31,309 nucleotides of DNA from Clostridia bacterium (GTDB taxonomy: Bacteria > Bacillota > Clostridia > Christensenellales > UBA1242): assembly GCA_017503445.1 (NCBI GenBank), contig JAFVTB010000065.1, forward strand, positions 1 to 31,309, given 5' to 3'. Positions 18,601 through 26,900 of the stretch are shown piece after piece. Both the position numbers and the translations under genes were made by a program. How positions within the stretch are numbered: the first letter of the stretch is position 1; each line of letters opens with the position of its first letter. A model generated the notes under the pieces. The model searched no databases, was not told the origin of the DNA, and worked only from the letters and a program-made list of their open reading frames with translations.

Positions 18601-21600
18601 AAGATGATATTTTGCAAGTGTGCTTGTTGCAACGCCAATGCCTTTCACCAAATCACCTGCAGATTTTGATGAAAATGTTGTTGCAACATTGCCAATGGTT
18701 TCACCAAAGATTGCGCCAATGCTGATTTCAGTGTTTTCAAGGTTTGTGCCATTAAGATCCAATTGCACATTGTTTGTGCCGTTGTTTTGGAAATTGCTTT
18801 CACTTGAAGTTTGATAAACGCAAACATCAGTGATTTGACAAATTGCATTGCCAAGGGTTTGAAGTTGCCCTGCAACCATACCAACATTGATAAACGGCAG
18901 TTCATTTGCGTTGATGTTTTGTGCAACGCGCGCATCAACAACGCTGTCTTGCACGCTGATGCCATTCATATATCCGCCAACAAGTTTGTTTGCCAAAAGC
19001 CCAACATTGAAGTTTGTTTCAGAAATTTGTGTGGTGGCATAACAATCTTTAATCAAAATGTTTTCAAAAGATGTTTGGGTTGCGGTGTCGATGAATGCCT
19101 GGTTTTGTGAATTAAGTGCATTGCCTTTTCTGCCGATTTCTTGGATTGTAAGGTTATAAAAACTTGCGCCCGTGGTTGCCAAGATGAATGATGATTTTCC
19201 TTCAAAATCGAAACCATAATTTAAGCTGTTATCCATGCCTTTCAATGTGCCAGAGAAGTTTGCCAAAATCAAATTTGTGTTTTCAATATAATTTCCAACC
19301 GGGATGATTGTTGAAGGTTGATTAAGCCCGCGCACAATGAATGTTGCATATGGGTGATAAAGCATTTTTTGAAGGTCTGCCGCAACATCGATATAATAAC
19401 ACATTGATTCTGTGAATGTGACAAGTGATGGAAGAAGATCATTTGTTTGGGTGTAGCGAACCCAATAGTTTGAATCCCAGTTTGCCTGAATGAAATATGT
19501 ATCCATTGCAAGCCCATTTGTTGCGGGATCTGTTAAATCAAAATATGGTGTTACGGCCTGGGAAGAAATTTCTTCTGCACCAGTTTTTTGGTTTGTTTGA
19601 AGACCATAATATGGATCATAAACCAAATTATATGGCGCGCCGCCTTCCATAAATGCAAACGATGGTTTGATATATTCACTGATTGCATCGCTGCCGCTTG
19701 CAAACTTCACTTCTGTGATTGCAAACATATCTTCAGGATTGCTGGTGGTGATGATTTTTGGAAGGGCGTCTGTGCCGTTCATTGAAACAACATTGTTTTT
19801 CACGTCGTATGTTGCAAGGGTGTTCACATTGCCCGCGTTAGTTGCGCCATAAATTTGGAATGCGTTGTCAGGAATATGATATTCGCCATCTTTGTCAAGC
19901 ACAAGCCCCCAAAGGTTGACGGCATTGACTTTTGTCATAATCACTGTACGTGTGTTTTCAATGTATCCCACTGCACCGCCTGCAGCATCATTTGCCAAAA
20001 CATCACCAAAAGCGTATGTTTCAAAAAATGTGATTTTGTTGCGATCGTGCTTTGGGTTTTGGCAAGCGGAAATCTTGCCCACAAGGCCACCGGCAAAGTT
20101 TGAATTTGGATTTTTCACATTCAATTTTGAATATGAATGCTGAATTTCGCCGGTGATCAGGTTGCCCACAATGCCGCCAATTGCAACCGGCGCATATGTG
20201 CTGATGATATAGCCATCAGAAGTGTCGTCAAACAAATCAAGGTTGCCACGTTGAATATCATTTTCTGGGTTTTGATAATATGCTGAAACATTGTTTTCAA
20301 TTTGTTTTTGGGTGATGGCATCATGCTGTGCTTTTGCCATATCAATATTACCAAAACATTCACCCACAATGCCGCCCGCATAAAAATTGTATGCAACAAT
20401 TTTTGCAATATCGGCAGGGCTTTCGAATGTTGCATCGCGAAGATTTGCTTGTGGCCCCAAAAGCCCAATCACGCCACCCGCTGTGGATGCGCGAACCTGC
20501 ATATTGCCATTTGCCACAAGGTTTGAAAGATTTGAGGTTTGGGTTTCGGTTTTGCGGGCCCATGATGATTTTTCTGCGCTTGTAAAGATATCTGCAATGC
20601 CAATCACACCGCCCGCATAAGAAAGCGATTGATTTGTGATGCCGCGAACAAAGTTTTGCGAAGTTGTTGCCAGCGCATTTGCCTTGACGCCAAGTGATGT
20701 GATTGTGATATCCTTCACTTCACTTTGTCCGCTGACAAGCCCAACAAGCCCGCCAACAACATTGTTGCCCAAAATTGTGCTGTCGGCAATATCACTTTGA
20801 TTTTTGATTGTGATTGAAAGAATCTTAGAGTTTTCAACCGTGCCGGCAAGTGTGCCAACAAAGCGCACTTGTTTTGCACTTACGGAAACAACACTTATGC
20901 TGAGGTTTTTTATGCAGGCGTTGTTTTGAAGCGCCTTGAAAAGCCCAAAGTTTTCAATCACGGTGTCAGAATTTGCCGTAAGGTCAAGCCCTGAAATCAT
21001 AAGCATATTGCCATCCAAAACGCCGCCATCAAGCGTCATGTTGGTTGAACTTATGCTTGCGGTTTGGCTGTTGTCAGGATTAAGGTCTTGCAAATTGATG
21101 TTTGAAATTATGCGATAATTGCCAAACACAGTTTGCTGGCCAAGGTTGTAATATTGCGAAATTGCTGTGCCGGCGTTTTCGTGATCACCACCCACAGCGC
21201 GATTGAATTCGGCAGCTGTGCGAATGATGATTGGGTTGATTTGGCTGCCATATTCATATCCCGCGGTGTATGGCAGGTTGTATGAAAGCAATTCGCCCGT
21301 GATTTCATCGCGTTTTTCATTGGCGATGTATCTGTTTGAAACTGCGATTTGGTTTGCAGAAACAAGGTCAATACCATATCCGGTTGAAAACCACACGCCA
21401 TTCACAGATGTGGCACTGTCGGCAAAACTGAAGCCATAGAAATTATCTGGATTATTTGGCTCTGCCACACGCACAACATTAAGGTTTGCAGTTTGATTTG
21501 AATATGCATCGCCTTCAATTGTGTCAGCGTTGTAATAATATCCATTTTTGATTGTGCCGGTGTTCAAAAGGTTGCCGGCATCATCAACGCCCACAAATGC

Positions 21601-23907
21601 CATTTGTGTGGTTTTGGCGTTTTCAATTTTGCTGGCGGTGAAGCAACTGGTGATTTTGCCCATATTGCTGTGCACAAAGCCCGCAGACAAACGGCCACTT
21701 TGCGCCAAATCTTGACTTGCAAGCAAGATGTTTGCATAGCAGTTAGAGATTTCGCCATTATTAATCGCAATAAATCCCGCACCCGTGCCGGCGGTGGTGA
21801 TGCCCTTGCCAAGCAAGGTGAACGCATCTTCACCCGTGCCTTTTGCATAACTTGTGGTGATGGTGCCGGTGTTGTATCTTGCAAAGCCACTGGTGGTTGA
21901 AGAAAGGGTGCCAATTGTGGCGTTTGTAAGCGTGCCATTTGCAAAGAAACTGCTTGAAATTGTGCCGCTGTTGGTGTCCACAAATCCGCTGATGTTGCCC
22001 TGGGCGGTGATGTCAAAAACTTCAAGACGGGCGGCTTTGCCATTAACTTTTTCAAGGGTTGTGCCACCCACACGGCTGTTGGTGATGAAGCCATTGTTTG
22101 TGACAACAAACCCGGCGGTGATGCTTATGAATGTGTCTGTGATATTGCCGCCATAAGAAACATCAATGCCTGCGTTTGCGCTTTGATTTTCTGCATATGC
22201 CACAACTTGGCAGTTGTATATAATGCCATCATTGGATATTGCCAGCCCCGCAACCCTGAGTTCATCAACAACGTTTGTATTTACATCAATTTGATTATCG
22301 CCATAAAGGTTGATTGTCAGGTTCTTAAGGGTGGTGTTTTGGGCAACATTATCAAAAAGTGCAAGTGAAAGACTGTTTGATTCAGTTTCAGTGTTGAAAG
22401 ATTTGATATGAATTGTGAAGTTGTTGCCATCAAGACTGTTAATGGCATTGGTTGAAAGCGGTGAAACATTTTCAAGATACAAATCATTCATAAGAATATA
22501 ATCTTGTGGTGTATCGCTTTCAAAAGCGTCATAGAATGCTGTTTCATTGTCAATAATCAGTGGCAAATCTTCATCACTGAACGGTGCAACAACAATCGTG
22601 AAATCAAAAGAAATTTCATAAAGGTTTGTGATTGTTGTGTGCGGATATTGAATTTGCATCACAAAGCGCAAATTCACTTCGCCCTGGCGCTTGCCAATGA
22701 TTTTTATTTGGCCGTTTTCTTCTGTGAAAGTGAAATAGTTGTTTGGTTCAAAGCTTCCATCATCATTCAAAAGTGCATATTGGGTTGAGCCGTTGACATA
22801 GTAAAGATTGCCCAAAAAGCTTGCTTTGCCCGCCTTGCCAACATTCACCACATAATTGCCATAACTGTTTGTGTTTGACAAACTTTCATAATAAAAGTTT
22901 TGAAGGAACGCTTGGAAAGAAGGGTTTTGATTGGTGTTGCTTTTGCCATCAAAATCAAAGTTTAAGATGTTTTGCACACCGATGTATGAATAAAATGTTG
23001 ATTTATCTGCTTTGTCTGTCAGAAGCGTGATTTGGTCAACCTTGAAATCAACAATGCCAACTTCACATGTGCTGACTTTTCTTTGCATTTTTCCATTTAC
23101 GATCCAAGAGGTTGTAACCTCGATGGTGATATAATTTTCTGCATTGTCAAGTTGTGCTTCGCTGCCCACTTCCAGTGCATAAGCATAGGTGCGTGTTAAA
23201 GAAAATGCATCTTCAATGATTTGTGTGCGTGTCAGGGAAATTGATTTTTCTGCACCACCAAGCCCATTTGTCACGCCCAAAATATTCACAAAATCAAGTG
23301 TAAGGTTTTGTTCCTTTGGAAGAGTGATCAAAAGTGTTGATGTTGTGCCGCGCGCCACAGTTGAAACGCTGTTGCCAGCATTATCCACAATTTGGATCAT
23401 TGCATCTTCAAGATATTCAACCACCAAATTGAATGACGAAACCTTTTGATTGTTTGCCACAAGATTGATGTCAAACACAGCATCTTTGTTTGTTGAAATT
23501 GGAAGATATGTGCCAAGATAAAGCGTTGTTACGGCATTTGTGTTTGCCGCGTCAACACCAAAAATTCTTATGCCATTTTCAAGGGTTTGCACGCGCTTAT
23601 GTGATTGACGGAATCCCGCATTGCCGTTTTGCGGATTGACATATTTTTCCATGAATGCCAGTGCAAGGGACAGATCTTGCCCATTTTGTTGAGTGTAGGT
23701 GATGTCAAGATAATCCCATGTTGCAAAGCTTGGATATATATCAATTTGCAAAAGCCCTTCTTCGCCAGGAGCAATAATGTTGTTTGAATTTTTTGTGTTG
23801 TATTCATAAAACACAAAGTTTGTGTTTTGGGTTTGGTCAAGAAGCACAGATTTGTTTTGAATTTCAAAATGATTGATTGTAACAGAAAGAATTTCTTGGT
23901 TATTCAC
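12184..23907 (-). CDS. Giant lipoprotein A, central fragment (3,907-aa ORF): Ig-like segments plus five GLUG-type beta-helix modules; the last ~160 codons are off-frame
   Basis: No signal peptide or RBS at the GTG 23907, and the frame is open upstream to 24075. Dozens of GG[ILV]VG rungs. Module motifs FSDEDLPLIIDNETAF, YGSQINPIIIRTAAEF, YYIDVAADLQKM, EGTKLNPIEIDSMADM, GTGAEDDPMFIGSVGKL. Confidence 0.85.
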   Translation of the reverse strand: MNNQEILSVTINHFEIQNKSVLLDQTQNTNFVFYEYNTKNSNNIIAPGEEGLLQIDIYPSFATWDYLDITYTQQNGQDLSLALAFMEKYVNPQNGNAGFRQSHKRVQTLENGIRIFGVDAANTNAVTTLYLGTYLPISTNKDAVFDINLVANNQKVSSFNLVVEYLEDAMIQIVDNAGNSVSTVARGTTSTLLITLPKEQNLTLDFVNILGVTNGLGGAEKSISLTRTQIIEDAFSLTRTYAYALEVGSEAQLDNAENYITIEVTTSWIVNGKMQRKVSTCEVGIVDFKVDQITLLTDKADKSTFYSYIGVQNILNFDFDGKSNTNQNPSFQAFLQNFYYESLSNTNSYGNYVVNVGKAGKASFLGNLYYVNGSTQYALLNDDGSFEPNNYFTFTEENGQIKIIGKRQGEVNLRFVMQIQYPHTTITNLYEISFDFTIVVAPFSDEDLPLIIDNETAFYDAFESDTPQDYILMNDLYLENVSPLSTNAINSLDGNNFTIHIKSFNTETESNSLSLALFDNVAQNTTLKNLTINLYGDNQIDVNTNVVDELRVAGLAISNDGIIYNCQVVAYAENQSANAGIDVSYGGNITDTFISITAGFVVTNNGFITNSRVGGTTLEKVNGKAARLEVFDITAQGNISGFVDTNSGTISSSFFANGTLTNATIGTLSSTTSGFARYNTGTITTSYAKGTGEDAFTLLGKGITTAGTGAGFIAINNGEISNCYANILLASQDLAQSGRLSAGFVHSNMGKITSCFTASKIENAKTTQMAFVGVDDAGNLLNTGTIKNGYYYNADTIEGDAYSNQTANLNVVRVAEPNNPDNFYGFSFADSATSVNGVWFSTGYGIDLVSANQIAVSNRYIANEKRDEITGELLSYNLPYTAGYEYGSQINPIIIRTAAEFNRAVGGDHENAGTAISQYYNLGQQTVFGNYRIISNINLQDLNPDNSQTASISSTNMTLDGGVLDGNMLMISGLDLTANSDTVIENFGLFKALQNNACIKNLSISVVSVSAKQVRFVGTLAGTVENSKILSITIKNQSDIADSTILGNNVVGGLVGLVSGQSEVKDITITSLGVKANALATTSQNFVRGITNQSLSYAGGVIGIADIFTSAEKSSWARKTETQTSNLSNLVANGNMQVRASTAGGVIGLLGPQANLRDATFESPADIAKIVAYNFYAGGIVGECFGNIDMAKAQHDAITQKQIENNVSAYYQNPENDIQRGNLDLFDDTSDGYIISTYAPVAIGGIVGNLITGEIQHSYSKLNVKNPNSNFAGGLVGKISACQNPKHDRNKITFFETYAFGDVLANDAAGGAVGYIENTRTVIMTKVNAVNLWGLVLDKDGEYHIPDNAFQIYGATNAGNVNTLATYDVKNNVVSMNGTDALPKIITTSNPEDMFAITEVKFASGSDAISEYIKPSFAFMEGGAPYNLVYDPYYGLQTNQKTGAEEISSQAVTPYFDLTDPATNGLAMDTYFIQANWDSNYWVRYTQTNDLLPSLVTFTESMCYYIDVAADLQKMLYHPYATFIVRGLNQPSTIIPVGNYIENTNLILANFSGTLKGMDNSLNYGFDFEGKSSFILATTGASFYNLTIQEIGRKGNALNSQNQAFIDTATQTSFENILIKDCYATTQISETNFNVGLLANKLVGGYMNGISVQDSVVDARVAQNINANELPFINVGMVAGQLQTLGNAICQITDVCVYQTSSESNFQNNGTNNVQLDLNGTNLENTEISIGAIFGETIGNVATTFSSKSAGDLVKGIGVATSTLAKYHLGASTAQNPKGTVLTLSGSGNVKTFNAGLLFGKVNTMKVAFARTVQTQKLQVVGGINQTGDALGNFASISQANLGGIIGKVETTASIQNTTTGATKFAATDVGTNFVAKTINAGGLVGLAANLSKIENLETFGEINAKGTLETNLGGLVGTLNSSIEIANTVSNTNLKFVGQNAFVGGILGAYTATSGALVLGDENFGTKYTGQIIVSGENIAAGGILGALKADTNILSQSLIQNAVFDGEITLSKMTGDAWIGGILGNSKSAASITAPNVTLSNCLALGDINVLHDYYAQNGLGVKVYVGGLVGLGSDRTTLSNNTSLVSLASKTASGLDGVHINALVGQANGAKAAASESNFYAHQMSLCLDFNDGIGATNLYYKQTTQASQFSILDLLEPYIATLFGEPEEGTKLNPIEIDSMADMQNAAEIFAAEKTKKVVGLITGPFTYDQNITPLDGKLAHLMGDGHQIITHSTLFASIDEKSAISGLSLVPSIEKLTPTTSSDLNASAVGTVANINNGFVFACAVKTTNISAHEHTSLAHTGSAYVGGIVGYNTGVIMDSFSAINITANGNAGGVAGYNSGNIISTYSVGNVDGGFAFTQGDGAVYSSYTASPATAGVFGTNQTVVDSFYDLYSVGKKSSATETTDTKTFSVLDTAENKKLLFENAQSDKKFAYVVGENFGYPTFAASAYANLDYMRGIATGTGAEDDPMFIGSVGKLQQISDAATNNLHYQLICDMAVTDDMKSMFTTMKAQTYKQFNKNFAVIDWAPIANFKGTLSGAYGEDGKYAIQDFTTSIERTEWAIFGKVENANISNLEIKYSSTLEINAKTLAGLATEISGTTLDNITLDAGVVKSTAAGTVALAGLVGATSDADNDSKITNINLEITKLQADKSTNATIGGLIANMQSTNATMLKGITFANGFEIVATGTGENIGGGLAGNVSNVFASEINFKGEISITNSGSASAIFGGLAGNAQTISSTNVTLDNISLTSTGTGQTTFGGFFGTASGVGKAYAEDENNNSVQVPFSANAKIITLTSNSTTAEENCLGGIAGTLANSVIESASESPLSVTGINITQKNVGTLVAGGIAGSDAGSTIKGFAPAATIANEKAGLSNLGGIVGNANGTEIHAKDVDLQSYKFIFGVEDGKNQDASELTVGGLVGFAQNQTKLNGISGVTTVKNNLAITDHTKSDIHLGGLAGYLDGSEVNTATIESIKLEGTQIGAVASYITGSTLQNVTISNPDLTASFNSSNIAYAGGVAGKIENNSTLSNVKIDGGTLETGDIPTKEVEDADGNKEDVEQKATSYIGGFAGSMSGTIDGESTSTLEIKIKTGGFAGGLVGKGEDLSIIGVNISSSVSANLEKSQKGSDLFVGGIVGDYDAGKVGEDDGQITNTTFTGNVSSSDVAFVGGIAGKAKGKFTNITIGGNITELATYDKLCAPSGVAVGGVAGSANDATFTYITVQSVTKITGTYIAGGIVGLGSDITITGSASQDITGTNNYYDNNISGIISTEGDGNEAKKPLVTASYAGGVVGKVSGTSTIEACKSTAIVQAGWKTIASKDKLTARDFFWYDSQNDDEYQQDKTKEKLKKRVQQVNAASKGAETAYAAGIAGYASDKTTFKLVENGGTVTAKAKPQLAITSSSRYDVQNIWGYYSYDAYAHYAKETENAYAAGVAAFMSPESTLEKCLNSGTITGGGEVEFNLFTTDEDKTDTDNLYKTYALGYSFTYTEDGGKKDINNLFEEIYKNDPAGTQAWIKAEKEGIKLVGAANASNDYYKYETGSQYGFTPLANSADAGNYVLTTDWSKADSTTQTGNAATTMHYAQYNASYYPSYHLTSSTTVLFPAGTKLQQHSPSSSIYCPAFYFMANETNEGTTFTGPYIHIYERPSTYYNEETKEDEPITLYYYYVPEITSSGEIVFKESKIIEPLYNTSEWTALKNNVQSSECWITLNSLATYKAYYAGGSKCDFPTKDNFNNPSFAYTFQTQMARFSALNHIINFQKITAHLNCLIFKLQTTLQRLHKFHSQIKNLMIQSRRILMMISFLVTQWQFGKAAKASPLMAQPMRQWTANTALCAAPTLIPKNLPTQAKPFGLQHGQAQAMKECMQSCTGKKTQTFLCILFRKAAMCISKDISLKVQSHTPMA

Positions 23908-23957
23908 CGTGATTACAAATGGTTTATATACAAGGTTAAAGCCAAAATTTTGCTGAT

Positions 23958-26900
23958 TTAAAAGTGCGGTTTTTGATGTGATTGCAAATTCAAATGTTGC
24001 GTTTGCAAAATCTTGGGCACGATATTCTTGATTGATTGAAAACTTAACTTCAAAGTTATAAACAAATATTTTGCATCAGCACTGTCCGACAACATGGTTT
24101 GCAAATCCGCGCTTGTATAAAATTTGGTTTCAAGAAGGTTTATTTGATAATCAAACAAATTGCTTGGGAATGTGCCAAAGGTTTGTAAAACAATTTCCAA
24201 TCCTTCACCGTCTTCAAGTTTCACATCTGTGAAAATTTGCACATTCAAAGTTGTGATATCCGCCGGCTGCATTATGGCATCTGCTGCAGAAATTTCAATT
24301 TTATCCGCACCGCGATAAACATTGATTGTGAATTTGCCTGAAAATTTGTTGCCCAAAATTTCGTTAAGGATATCATCTGTGTTTGTGCCGGCAATGTTAA
24401 GTGTGTAGGTGATTTGTGTTTTTCCATCTGCAAGTGTTGCAGTTGACACCGTGAATGGGCCACTTCCGCTGCCGGTGATTGCCAAGTTATCAAACAAAAC
24501 ATCAAAATCTTGGGTGACAAAATCAATCATTCGCGCATCCAAAACTTTGCTTTGGGCAATTGAAACATTAAAGCCCGCGCCCGCTGATGTTTTCACATTC
24601 AAAACAAAGTTTTGCGCATATTGATTTACACCAACAATAAAAGTTGGATTTTTGATTGGGTTAATAACAAAAATTTCAAAGGTTTTAAGCACTTCGGCGT
24701 TATATTTTGAATAAAATGTCACTTGCGCCGCGCCGGTGCCAACAATTTGCAAGCCAACAGGCGTTGCCGCAATCACCGCCGCATTGTTTGAAAATGCCCT
24801 TATGCCAAACGCGTTTTCAAACAAATCTTCAAACGCAACAAAGTTCAGGTTTGCAAGTGCCAATTTTTCAACATTTGAAAGTGTTTCTGCAGTTTGCCAA
24901 AACATCAAAATTGCCTTTTGATTGGCACTGATGAAATCACCAGCAAACATGTCCGGAATTTGGGTGATTGGCGCCGTCAGTTTCACCGCTTTGAAAACAG
25001 GAAGCGTTCCGCTGGCATCCCAAACATCGTTTGTCTTGATTGCGGCAAGATCACCAGCAGCCCCGGTGTTTTCGATTTTGACAAAGTTATAAAAATATGT
25101 GCCAAGCATCGCCGCATCATCGGCCGCTTTGTATGTGATATATGCATTTTCAACAAACAAGTTTTCTGTTCCAGACATTTGTGCAAACATATCTTTTTGA
25201 TTTTGCACAAAGCCAAAAGATGTGTTGACCTTGCCCCCAAAAATTGCCCCCACAAGCACACCAACTTTGCCACCTTGCAAAAGTTGGGTTGCTTTTTCAA
25301 GCGGGATATATGATTGGATATATGAATTTGTCAGTTCGCCATCGGTCAGTTTGCCCACAAGGCCACCAACAGTTGCGGCGGCGCCATCAATTTTGCCAAG
25401 TTGGGTTTGGGCACCTTGGGTTTCAACATATGCACAAAGTTCAACTGCGCAAAAATCAATTGTGCCGCGGTTTTCACCCGCGATGCCGCCAACACTTTGT
25501 GTTGATAAAAGATTTTCACCAATTATTTGCCCGGCAAATGTTGTGTTTTTGATGCTGCCCGCATTGATGCCAACAATGCCACCAATGGCTTGACTTTGAC
25601 TTTCAGCCAACAGCACACTTGGTTTGGCGAACGCGCCAGTTTGCTGCTGGGCATCAACAACAACATTTTGGATAAGCCCATTGTTTTCTGTTGCAACAAA
25701 TCCTGCGCCTGCCACTTCACCACAAATCATAAGATCTGCAATAACAGCTTTTTCAGAAAGTGTGCCAAAAAGCGGCAAAGTTGTTGTGATGATGGCTTTT
25801 TCGCCACCTTCAACAAGCGCGCCATAAAGCCCGCCGGCAAAATTTGCGCTGATTGCAAAAGATTCATCAAGTGCGCTTGCACTGTTGACTATGATATTGT
25901 CAACAAGTGTGAAATGCAGGTGCTGCATCTGATTTGGATTTTGTGCATAAGCTTCAAAATCTGAAAGCGATGACACGCGGAAAGATGTTTCGCGGCTTTG
26001 GCCATCGGCAACCACCAATGTGAAATAAAGCGCGATATCATTTGCACCAGGGGCATATTGATTTTGGGCATTATATCTGTCTGCAGGTGCGATGCGAATT
26101 TGCCCATAAGTGCCTTCTTTGGCATTTGCGGCAACGGTTAAAAGCCCGGTGGTTTTATTCAGGGAAATTGCACTTGCAGGCGCAGTGATGTATGGCAAAA
26201 ATTCATAAACCAAATTGGTGTTATGCGGCATTTTGCCACCTTCACCCACTTGCACATTTGCCACAATTTGGCGGGTGATTGCCTTGCCGTCATATGTAAG
26301 GGGGATATAAATGCCTGTGTCAAGATTGACATTGTGCGCAACAATTTTTTCCACCTGCACCGCACGCGTGATTTTCACAATCACTGAAAGGCGATATTCG
26401 GTGTTGAACTCTTTGATAAGTGCTGTGAACGCAAATTCCACTTCATCTGCCAAAACAGGATTGCCCGCATCATCATAAATCCAAGTTGAAAGGGCGGTGA
26501 TTGACAGGGTTTTGTTATTATCACTGATTTGGGTTTTGTAAACATCTTTACCATTCACTTGATAAAGCGGGCTGGCGCCAAGCCATGTAATGTTTTGATA
26601 TGTCGCATTATTCAAACTTACCACAACATCGGCCGCGGTTTTGTGATAATCTTCAAACCCAACACTTGCCTGGCTGAACAAATTCAGTGCATAAGTTGAA
26701 AGGGCAAAATTTTGCACAGGAACATATCCTTCCACAAGGAAATAATATTTGTATTGCACTTCGCCAAGTTGAAAAATTGTTTTGCCATTTAAGGTTGTTT
26801 CTTCAAGCTTTAATCCTTTTGCAACAACTTGCACCCAAGCTTTGCCAACGGTGGCGGGCTTGATTTGATCAAGCGCCAAAAACTTGGTGTCAAGCACGTT

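Noticed and set aside
23958-24075. Programmed -1 ribosomal frameshift or phase-variable tract
   Set aside because: No in-frame X-XXY-YYZ heptamer in the overlap, no obvious stimulatory hairpin, and the homopolymers are only 3-4 nt. It cannot be fully excluded without reads or proteomics.
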